A DNA stretch of 59,970 nt, filler included, from Gonapodya sp. JEL0774 (lineage: Eukaryota), in the NCBI GenBank assembly GCA_027604505.1. It is 9 parts of 9 records of this genome, joined end to end, with 100 filler letters (N's around TTAATTAATTAA, not from the genome) between each part and the next. Parts side by side here need not be neighbours in the genome. Positions count along the whole stretch, not along the records: positions 46,792 to 53,340 come from JADIIX010000581.1; positions 53,441 to 59,970 come from JADIIX010000582.1; 7 more parts are not named here. The stretch is one strand, 5' to 3'. Positions within the stretch are counted from its first letter, which is position 1. Each line of letters begins with the position of its first letter. Positions 50,468 to 59,970 of the stretch are shown piece after piece. Both the position numbers and the translations under genes were made by a program. A model generated the notes under the pieces. It did no database searches and was not told the origin of the DNA. It was given only the letters and a program-made list of their open reading frames with translations.

Positions 50468-51896
50468 ATAAACATACGGTGATTAATTGAGATTAGTGTC
50501 AAATATTTCGCATGGAACACGGCTGGTATCAATAGAGCACGATTGGCCATCAATTGTTGAACGCGACGCCCGATCCAATTTTATACATAACTTATCACGA
50601 CCTCGGGCGAGACCCGAGGGCACTCCCACTCGTGTTCCTTTATGGTGGCCGAGACTCCACTACACCAACTGCAACACGATCAGTACGTGTCTAAGCGGAC
50701 CTCTCAGGCGCCCTCATCATCCATCTCCACGTTCCCCAAAGAAAGACCAGATTTGATCCTTCGTACCTTCGATCCCTCCTCTCTCTCTACCCGACAGCTC
50801 TTTTTCTCGATTATTTTTGACCCCACTGGTTCGCAGGCGAGGGCGCCACAACTGCTGCGGCAGGCATACGGAGTAGATTGGGACTTCAACGAACAGTTTG
50901 AGTGCACAATTCTAAGAAACGTACTTTTTCTGTTGTTCTCGCTCGCTCTCAGATTTTGGAACCATACTGCAACTCCCCAAACGGACTATGGAACGGAGTT
51001 TTCCAACGCACACTCCATTGGCCGCAGCATTCCCCTTATAAACCCTCACCGTCCCGCGTTTTTCTCTATCGACTGTACTTTCAGGATCTCGTGTACAGTT
51101 GCTATCTAGTCTTTTGGTTCCAAACTACCAAACTAGACACTTTGATCACTCCAGACGATGATATGTGGAGCCAGGGCCAGAGCGGGAAGTGGATTGGTGA
51201 GCCGTGACGTTTCAACCGCCTTCTCGTTTGTCTTACGGCTCCCGGGCCGGATAATGGGCAAGTCGGAGGTGTCGCTGGTTCCCAATCGTTGAAGATCGCG
51301 TCCGTCTGCCTTTGATGTCCTTGGACGTCGGGCGTCGCGACGAGGTCGTTGGCTCGTTCTGATGGAGTGATCAATAGTTATAGATACGGTAGGAATCCCT
51401 CGTCAGAGGAATTAATCTTGAAAATTGAGTGGAAAGATGTCTAGGAATATCATATTGCAGTGCTATTGGACTGTCGGTTACTTTGCACGGTTGAGAGCGG
51501 TTTTTAGATTTTCGAACTTGCCCAAATTCCCGAACTGCCGACCAACAACCCCTGGGAGTCTTGCCAAAATCAAGTATGATATTTTCGCGATATGCCGGAG
51601 TAAAAATTCTTGTATCACCGGCATGTTTCTGATAGCGACGATTGAAACAAACGAGATCGACAAAAGAGTGTATGCTCCCGAGGGGGTACATTCTGGGAGA
51701 ATACCTCGGTAAAACTGTGCCCGTAGCTGAGAACACAAACCGACGTGCTAACCTGAATACATATCTCTCTGTCGGAACCATTTCAAACAACGAAAGGATA
51801 CGTCTTATCACACTCCTGCAACAGACCTCCATCTGTGCTGTTTCTCACCCCTTTACCAAGAGTCATTGTCCTTCTGCGACCGACCGTGCCTCTTGA

Positions 51897-53340
51897 ATGT
51901 CTCTAACTTTCGAAACCAAGGAGACAATGCCGGATCAGAGCGAGGCAGTTCTCGATGGGTCCCTGGTACCTTCTGTTCCCGGAATCAATCCCATCTCATC
52001 GGAAGACGGCGTGCAGTCCCGAAGGCTCTCAGGGGCGAGTATTCAGAAGGCACGGATTATTCCTCTCTCGGGCGACAAATCTGAAACAGAAGAGACTACG
52101 ACAAAAGTTGCGTCCGAGTACCCCGGAGACGATAACGCTTTTCAGGCGTGGGTCATTGTTGCTGCTGGTATGTCCTGATATCATGTAATAACTCGTGTCA
52201 GATCAACCACGGGAACGTACTACATTTGACCTCCCCCAACAGCCTTTATGATCCAGTTCTTTTCTATCGGACAGCGCGATGCTTTTGGGGTGCTCCAGCG
52301 ATTTTTTGTTGCTGACCACAGTGAGCGTCGCAGAGAATCCTGCCGGGTAAAGATCCACCTGTTCCTGACTCGCCGCCCTCTAAACACATCCAGCGTTCCC
52401 TGGCTCCACCAATCTTCAAATTTCTCTCATTGGCGCCCTTGCAGCCTCGGTCCTAATGGCTTTTGGACCGGTTGCGGGTTTCATGGTTGGCAGATTTGGA
52501 CTAAGTCCCACCGTCATGATGGGTGGGATCTGCATCTGCGCTGGTCAGGTCTTTGCATCTTTTGCATACGAACTTTGGCAGGCACATCTTAGTCTTGGGG
52601 TCCTCGTGGGAGTGGGATTTGCGTTCTCGTACTTTTCAGGTGACTTTCTACATCCGGCAAACCGTCCACGGCGTGGACACGCTTCGTCTCCCGCTGACTC
52701 TATTTGGTTGCACTAGCTGTCTCCATGCCCTTGCAGTGGTTCCAGAAGCGTCGTGGATTCGCGCAGGTGAACCTGCGCCCTCAGCATTATGTATGTCGGT
52801 GGTCCGGCTGACCCTGGAGGCCTCAGGGTGTTTGTGCAGCAGGGTCCGGTCTCGGGGGTTTCGCACTATCCAACTGGACGCAACGTATCATTGATGCGTC
52901 AGGGCTGGGGTGGAAGTGGGCCCTCAGAATCAACGGGATTCTGGCATTGGTTGGTGAGCAACGTCTCTTTGGACAGTCCTCGAGTTTTGATTCTCAGACG
53001 TTACTCCAATTTTAAGTAATTGGGGTTTCCGCTTTACTTATCAAAAATCGCCCGGTCACCCCATCTATCAGTTCGGGTACCTCTAACCTGAAACCACCAC
53101 ACCGATTCTGGCACGAGGTGGGAAATCTCTTTCGAGAACGATCATTCCTCGTCCTCTATGTACAGGGCTTTGTTGTTGCACTCTCCTTTTACATTCCTTA
53201 TTACTTTACGGGTGAGTGCGCAATTCATGAAGGATAATCTTTCCCGCCGACTAGAATAAAACGTAACCTTCCATGCCGTCCGAACCCAGCCTCATTCGCT
53301 GTGAACATACGTCTATCTGCCACTGATGGTGCATTTATTT
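51897..53340 (+). CDS. MFS monocarboxylate-porter-family (Mch-like) transporter, 3' truncated
   Basis: AWVIVAA/AFMIQFFSIG..AFGVLQ, FGPVAGFMVGRFG, GVLVGVG and QWFQKRRGFA; multiple hydrophobic helices. Confidence 0.88.
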
Positions 53341-53440
53341 NNNNNNNNNNNNNNNNNNNNNNNNNNNNNNNNNNNNNNNNNNNNTTAATTAATTAANNNN
53401 NNNNNNNNNNNNNNNNNNNNNNNNNNNNNNNNNNNNNNNN

Positions 53441-53770
53441 CATTATGGCTCCATCAGGACCATTGTTCGGGGTATTGATCGTGATTAACAACTTCTCATC
53501 ACACCGCTCAACACGCTCCAAGATCGCCTTGATTACGAGATGCTGATCAGTGTCAGATATCCATGATTCCCACACCAAAGTCCTGCACGGGTACTTGTAG
53601 TGCGCGAGTGCCCTCGCTGCGATGCTCGCGGGTGTGCGGAAGATGCTGGCCAGGCGTCTGTTGAGGGCACCCGTCGGCAGGCCGAGACGGAAGCGAAAGT
53701 AGTTGGCAATGTGAAGGAGGGTTTCAACCGGCAGGTCCGTGAGGGGAATGGAGGTGCGAGATTGCAGCAT
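53441..53770 (-). CDS. F-box-like/ankyrin family paralog, truncated by contig end
   Basis: N-terminus nearly identical to 54219-55094 (LTDLPVETLLHIANY...DQHLVIKAILERVER). Confidence 0.75.
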
Positions 53771-54218
53771 CGGGGCCAAATGTAAGGCTTTCCGACGGCA
53801 GCGGATGAAATACCGGAAATGAGGACAAAAGGGAAGGAGGACTATGAATGTTGAGAGTGAGCGCTGCGGGCTCTTGGTAATAAAACGAATCGCCCTGTTT
53901 GGGGCTCAGTTGATGTGCGGACGTGTGAGTTCAAACCTGTACTGTTTGAAGTCATTATTATTGACGTGTGTCCCTCAAGCCAAGTCATACATAACGTATT
54001 GCGTGGTTAGGAAATCTCTTCATGTATTTGATGCACTGAAGACTTGTGGACTCTCCAAATATCCCCATGAATCTGAATATGACCCGGTGGACTACCATTG
54101 ACTACCAACAACACTCCAAATTCACGAAAAGGCGGCTCGAGACATAACAGAACTGATGGTAACAAACACAGCTATGGGTATTCGCCGCGGGCTCATTCGG
54201 AGCACATGTATGATGGCT

Positions 54219-55094
54219 TTAACTCCCTGCCGAATGCAATTTCAGTAGGTCAAGAATCTCCGTGAAGCCCCCTGTTCTCGCTTTTGCCATTGCGATCTTT
54301 GCTTGTTCCGATTCTCCCACTGTATCTGCTCCCCGCTTCAACAGCAGCCTCACCACAGCGGCTTTCCCTTCCCTCACTGCAAGCCAAAGCGCCATATTGT
54401 CTAAGAAATGAATGTCTGCTCCGTGGTCCAGCAGCATGGATACCACTTCGACATGACCGCCCAGAGCAGCTGTTTGCAAGGGACCATCCTCGTGAGGGTA
54501 ATGATAATACCCTCGTGAACGTGGGTTCACATTGGCACCCAGCGTCAACAGGAAGCGAACAACATCAGCACGACCACTGCTCGTGCTCTTGTAGAGGAAT
54601 TCATCAAGCCACTCTTCCGTGTCTGCCCCGTTGTCCATCAACAGCTTCACCATCTCGAGGTGGAAGCCTCTGGCTTCACGGACCCGCACAAACAACCGGG
54701 CAAGAGCAAGGTTAGCACCTGCGTTGAGCAGAACTTTTACAGTGGCGGTGTTTCCGGTGCGAGCTGCCGCTACCAGCGGGCTCGCTGTGGATCCGTCAGG
54801 ACAAAAGTATGTGTCATCGATCCTGAACCGCTCGACACGCTCCAAAATCGCCTTGATTACGAGGTGCTGATCAGTGTCAGATATCAATGATTCCCACACC
54901 AAAGTCTTGCTTGGGTTCGTGTAGTGCGCGAGTGCCCTCACTGCGATGCTAGCTGGTGTGCGGAAGATCCTGGCCAGGCGTTTGTTGAGGGCACCCGTCG
55001 GCAAACAGAGACGAAAGCGAAGGTAGTTGGCAATGTGAAGGAGGGTTTCAACCGGCAGGTCCGTGAGGTGAATGGAGGTGCGAGATTGCATCAT
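54219..55094 (-). CDS. F-box-like + ankyrin-repeat protein, 291 aa, intronless
   Basis: LTDLPVETLLHIANYL, then SPLVAAARTGNTATVKVLLNAGA, PLQTAALGGHVEVVSMLLDHGADIH and ALWLAVREGKAAVVRLLLKRGAD. Confidence 0.88.
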   Translation of the reverse strand: MMQSRTSIHLTDLPVETLLHIANYLRFRLCLPTGALNKRLARIFRTPASIAVRALAHYTNPSKTLVWESLISDTDQHLVIKAILERVERFRIDDTYFCPDGSTASPLVAAARTGNTATVKVLLNAGANLALARLFVRVREARGFHLEMVKLLMDNGADTEEWLDEFLYKSTSSGRADVVRFLLTLGANVNPRSRGYYHYPHEDGPLQTAALGGHVEVVSMLLDHGADIHFLDNMALWLAVREGKAAVVRLLLKRGADTVGESEQAKIAMAKARTGGFTEILDLLKLHSAGS

Positions 55095-55726
55095 ATTTGG
55101 GGCCGAACGTCGGTTTCACGAGGGCAGCGGATGAAATATCCGAAATGAGGGTGAAAGGAAAGGAGGACTATGAATGTTGAAAGTGAGCGTTGCGGGCCCG
55201 CTCTTGGTAATAAAACGAATCAGCTGGTTGTTTGTGGCCTTGTGCTTTGGGACTATGTAGTTGTTGAATACAGAGGACCCCAATCTAACTATGGATGGCG
55301 ACCATTGACCGTCAACAATCCGCGCATGGACTATGATTCATGTCCAGCCATTATGTTATTTGAGAATTGAACTTACTCGGATCAATTCTGCTTCACATCA
55401 TTCCCACCTCTTCTGCTCCTCAACGGGCAGTCATTATACCCATTCTCATTTTCCTCGAAGTCAACACTACAGTCACAGGGGACCTGCCCCACCCGCACCG
55501 CGGGTTTCCGAATTACATTACAATATAGTACGAAGCCTTTACTGTGAAGTATTTGGGCTGTGAGGTATGTCGAAGCAATACAAGCTCCATTGCGCCGAGG
55601 AAGAGTCCTGCTCCGTGACCCCGCGATCAAAGGATTATAAAACACGTGTCTTGTATGTAAAGAAGTTCCCGCCGGGGCGAACAATTGGGGGTGATGGATG
55701 ATGCAGATGCCGAGATGTCTCCCTCA

Positions 55727-57721
55727 TTAGACCGCAGCCACAGCGTCGCTGCTCTCCTCACTGCCGAACAGAACTGACGCCGGGAAGAGACCAGAGGATC
55801 CGGTGGTCAGGTTTCGGCCTATGGTGAGTGGTGAAGTTAAAAATTGTGGTTACACAGATTAGGATGAACACGAACGCGGGGAGACAGCATAAAATTTGTG
55901 CGAGACGTACCCAACAACCAATTCTCGTCCTCCACTTCGTCAAGCAGCATCATGTCCGCGGGAGTGACAGGAATCTCATCAGGTGGGCGATCAATCGCTG
56001 AACCGCGAGACAGAACAATGGTGGTCAATTGAAGTGAGCGAGCACACAAACAAGTCTGGGCAACTCACCATCGTACCTCCTCTGCGCATAGTACACACTG
56101 CCCCCCCACCAACCATATTTGACCACGTCGACCTTAACACCTTCCCCCTTTCCAACTTTCCCGGGGGTTGGAGGGGGTGGTCGGCCTCGCATGGAAAGAC
56201 GGCGCATGTTTGGCGGAGCGGGCTCTGGAAAGCGGAGGGATGGGTTGAAGAGGACAGAAGGAGGAATGACACCTCGACGGGAATGGGTGAGGGATTTCAC
56301 TGTGAAAATAAAGCGTGTTCACGCATCATTTCATGGGAACCGGAGTGAGCGATCGATCGAAGCCGTTGCAAACGCGGCGAAACATACCTTCAATCCAACC
56401 ATCACCCTGGATACTCTCAACGCGGACAACATCACCTGCATCCACATCCAGCTCAGACGGGTTGTCGTGATCCTGATTCGATGAGTCACGGATCGGAGGT
56501 CATGAGCAATGTCATCACATAACGGCGGTGACGTCTCACTTTCGTGTGTTGTACTACGTATGCGACACCCAACATCAATTCCCACCGATCTCGGACATGA
56601 TCCACATCCCATACAGCTGCAGGAGGTGTCTGTCTCGATTGCAGCTGTGATGCTGAACGTCGTATCACCGCGCTTCCCATATAGGACCGCCGTTTTGAGC
56701 CAGGGGTGGCTTCAGCGAATCGGCCGCGGCTGGCTAAACTCCACGGTGATTGAGCACGTGCTGCCCCGTTTGGTGAAGGGATGCGCATACCTTCCATGAT
56801 ACCCCCCGACCGAGGGTAAGAATTGGGGGAGGAGAACAACACGGATGAGCCATTGTCGAAATACTCTGTGTTGGGGTGCCGATTCGCCGTATCGCTGCTC
56901 CAAGGTGGAAGGTCGTTGGGCTCGTCCGAAAGCATGCGGAACGATCGAGGGTTGGAAATCGACAGATTGGACGGACCTGGCTTCACGCGGCGCATGGGAT
57001 GGTTCGGAAATCGATCCCGAGACGGTGAACTGATCCCAAGAATTGTTGAAAGCATCGTATGGACGTGAGGGAAACCGACGGGCGTGTGGGGTGCGTCGCG
57101 GTCTGGATCGTACGAGGATGATGGGTAGTGTCGCTTTGAATCGATGATGTCATTTTCTCTTCTTCGTCGAGCTCGAGCTCGGAAGTAGAATAGTGACATC
57201 AGACCGATTGCAGCGACAAGAGCAGCACCGCCGGAGATCAGGCTGATGACCACGACGTTCGAAAGAAGAGGAGCAGATGAGCCGGGAGCCACACTAGAGT
57301 TTGTTGGTGATATAGTGGCAATCTGAGGTGCCATTAACGTGTCTGACGGAGTTGTGGAGGATTGAGTGGAACTCATGGAACGGGAGGTGGTGGTTCTGTA
57401 CGTTGTGGTGGACCGCAACGTTGTCTGCCGGGTTGTGGTGGCTATGAGCACGACACTTGAGACCGCTGTCGTGACAGGCGGCTGTGTTGTTGTTGTATCC
57501 GTTGTTGTCGTAGGTGCTGCAGCGGTGGTGCTGGATGTGCTAATGAAACCTTGCTGAGAGTTCGTCAATCCTCCATCTGGCATAGGAGAAGTCCCCGATG
57601 TCGGAACAAAAACATTTGACGATGTTGTTGTGGATGTCGGTCCCGCCGACATCGTCCCTGCATTGCTGATTGTTGCCGGGTCTCCCACGGCCGTCGTGGT
57701 GGAGCTTTGAAAGATTGACAT
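55727..57721 (-). CDS. Ser/Thr-rich single-pass membrane protein with two cytoplasmic SH3 domains
   Basis: Mucin-like Thr/Ser tract and TM VVVISLISGGAALVAAIGLMSLFYF followed by RARARRRR. SH3-1: PSELDVDAGDVVRVESIQGDGWIE/..RRGVIP. SH3-2: PDEIPVTPADMMLLDEVEDENWLL/GRNLTTGSSGLFPAS. 5' end uncertain. Confidence 0.75.
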
Positions 57722-58631
57722 CCCGGATCAACACGATGTCGTGACACTCGAATCTATCCAAGATATCAATGTTCCCATATCCGCGACTAATGGCAACGTC
57801 TTCGTTTTCGGGGTCTCCGAAAGGGCTGCAGCTGACGCCACATCAGCCGATATTTGCGTGCGGCGGACCAACATTTAGTTTGACATCCCGTGACACAAGG
57901 AAGCTCTTACAGCAAAGGAAAGAGAAAGGGAAATCGTCATGAAACAGTGCCGGTGACATACCTACACCATCCTCTTGATGATGACCTTTGAGTTACATCA
58001 CCTTCTTTGCTCGACTGGGACCCCTCCAGATCTTCAACCCGTTGTACAAACCCTTGAATGGGACAATTGTGCCACTAAATGTCTACGAAGGTGAGTGCAT
58101 AGGTTTGTACCGTTTGTGAATCCGCAGCGGGACGTGAAGTTTGACTGGATGAAGAGCAACAGCGGTAAGGTGAACGCCGTGGGCGAACCATGCGTCAAAC
58201 CTGGTACGGAACCACTAAACAATGAATCAAAGAGCAGGTTTATAACTTTGGATCTTATAAAGATGTGACGTGTCTCTGATATCGTTGTCTCAGTGGGAAA
58301 GTTCCTCAGCCATGAGTCGGTGCGAAGCCGCTTCTTTTAGCAGCGTTCAAAATGCTAGCCAGAAGCCTGCAGGATCAGTCATTGTTCATCTTTGTTCATA
58401 AATTAATTTATATCAAAACTTTCTGTTCATCCTGATCTAGATCTCTATTTCTTGTCTCTATTTCAAAACTCCGCAAAATGTGTTCACAGTTGATCATGCC
58501 CACTCAATTGTCCATCATTCAAAATAAATAAAGCAACCACCGGCCTTTTGTTCCGATCTACCAGCTTCCATCATCACGACCCAAAAAGACGTTGACGCGT
58601 CCCCACTGCCCCCCGAAACGCTGCACACAAC

Positions 58632-59434
58632 TCACTGCGCCGCCCTCTTCACCCGAGTGCCCTTCCCCACCTTGCGCACTTTCCAGGTCTCCCCCGTTGC
58701 TTCGTTACCGATCACCTGCCCTTTCCCTCCCCCTCCTGAACCGTACAATCCCACAGAACAGATCCCCATTTCCCCCTCCACCTCCCTCTTGATCTGCCCT
58801 ACTTCGCCCATCACGGTGTCACCGACAAGTGACTTGCGCTCCACACTGACACTCGACAGCGCCGCACAGGTTCCGTACTCCCCAGATCCACTCTCCGCGA
58901 CCAGCGTCCTCTGCGAGTCCTCTCCCATCATCGCACTCCCCCTTCCACTCCCACCACCGTGAGCTGAGTGAGTAGAGTGCCTGGTGTCCTCACGGAGGTC
59001 GCAGTCGAGGTCATCCTGGACCCGCGGTTTCTTTCCCCATCCCCGTTGCACTGCCACGGCTACGATGGCGCCGTGTTCATTCGAGTAACTCGACTTTGAA
59101 TTTTCGTTCCCTTTCGATGCAGATACCGCAGCCGCCACCCCGGCATTGTACCCGCTCTCGCCGTCCCCGTCTCTGTCCCCGTCCCCCATCCCCGCCTCGC
59201 TGGCACTCCGCTTCGTCACCTTTGGCCTGGCATCGCCGCACCGGGGACTCACTACCTCGATGGTCGGCGACGGGGACGGGGACGGGGACTGGGACGGTGC
59301 AGCTCCAGCGGTGGTGGCTGCAGGTTCCGACCCGGCCAGCAAGGACAGCGAGCGTTTCAGCCGGTGGGATGAGAGAGCCCGCATGGGAATGCGGATGACG
59401 GGTTTGGGGCGAGGGTCCGTTTGTGCCTGGGACA
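58632..59434 (-). CDS. Hypothetical low-complexity protein (possibly last exon)
   Basis: Long open frame followed by an AT-rich 3'-UTR-like tract; no recognisable domain. Confidence 0.35.
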
Positions 59435-59970
59435 TCGTCGTGGTGAGTGGTGTCGAAGGCGGTGGAGTGGAAGCCACGGTCGGGGTGTGGTGGAGCACGG
59501 GAGACACAGCGTGGGCTGAGAGTCGCACATGCGCGTTCACTTGTCCTCGCTGGTGCATTTTTGTTACCGACTCCTGTCCGTCCGCCTCGCCCGGCCGTCC
59601 CGTGCCCGCCGGGACACCACACCGCACGGGCACGGCGGGCGACGGACACGCAGTGGGCGGGCGTGATCGGAGGAGGGGGCAGGAAGGGCACAGGCTTGGC
59701 AGATAAACGGAAGAGCGCGGGATGTGTGCGGATGGGATGAGTGACGGTTCACCACTTCCCCTGATCCCCTACCCCCGCACAAACTCACTACTTCCCCCCC
59801 CACACCACCCACCCCCCTCCAACTCCTAGATCTAGCTCCCCCTCCACCATCCCACAATCCCCACACACCACGCCCGGCTCCTGCCCCCGCACGTCCACGG
59901 CGTACCCGTGCCACACGCCTGCTCGGCCCGACACCACGTCGTCAAACGGTGCGTACAGGATCGCCGAGCT

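Larger units (their letters stand above)
6608..53440. other. Eight artificial 100-nt contig spacers (N-run + TTAATTAATTAA + N-run) at 6608-6707, 13301-13400, 19994-20093, 26679-26778, 33355-33454, 40029-40128, 46692-46791, 53341-53440
   Basis: Same six-frame-stop linker each time. The segments between spacers are 6607, 6593, 6593, 6585, 6576, 6574, 6563, 6549 and 6530 nt, as expected for size-sorted concatenated contigs. Genes are cut off at the spacers. Confidence 0.97.

Noticed and set aside
6652..53396. Regularly spaced TTAATTAATTAA motifs (~6.7-kb period) suggesting an array
   Set aside because: Always embedded in N-runs totalling 100 nt; an artificial linker between size-sorted contigs.
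1..59970. CRISPR arrays, tRNA or rRNA genes
   Set aside because: No repeat-spacer array, cloverleaf or rRNA-like sequence recognised by eye.

Overview
This window is not one locus. It is nine unlinked contigs of 6.5-6.6 kb, ordered by decreasing length and joined by 100-nt N-TTAATTAATTAA-N spacers, so adjacency across a spacer means nothing. The DNA is eukaryotic and intron-rich. Short GT-AG introns, expanded F-box/ankyrin families and an LRRC51-like gene suggest a zoosporic (chytrid/monoblepharid-type) fungus (inference). Recognisable genes: Pxr1/PinX1, an APC permease, Hsp110/Sse1, Gos1, a CorA-family transporter, an ER J-protein, Rrn7/TAF1B, two tandem SDRs, an MFS transporter and several F-box, ankyrin and SH3 proteins. 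The highlight is contig 13401-19993. It holds a full-length Ty3/Gypsy chromovirus (240-bp LTRs, AACAC target-site duplication) with a Tf1-type 11-nt self-priming PBS and a -1 frameshift signal. The element sits immediately before the putative RuvC-I catalytic Asp codon of an intron-containing, minus-strand gene that the ORF track does not show. After removing the retroelement and five introns, this gene reads as ~284 stop-free codons whose motif order matches eukaryotic Fanzor1 (TnpB-derived RNA-guided nuclease). All family assignments come from motif recognition by eye; no search was run.
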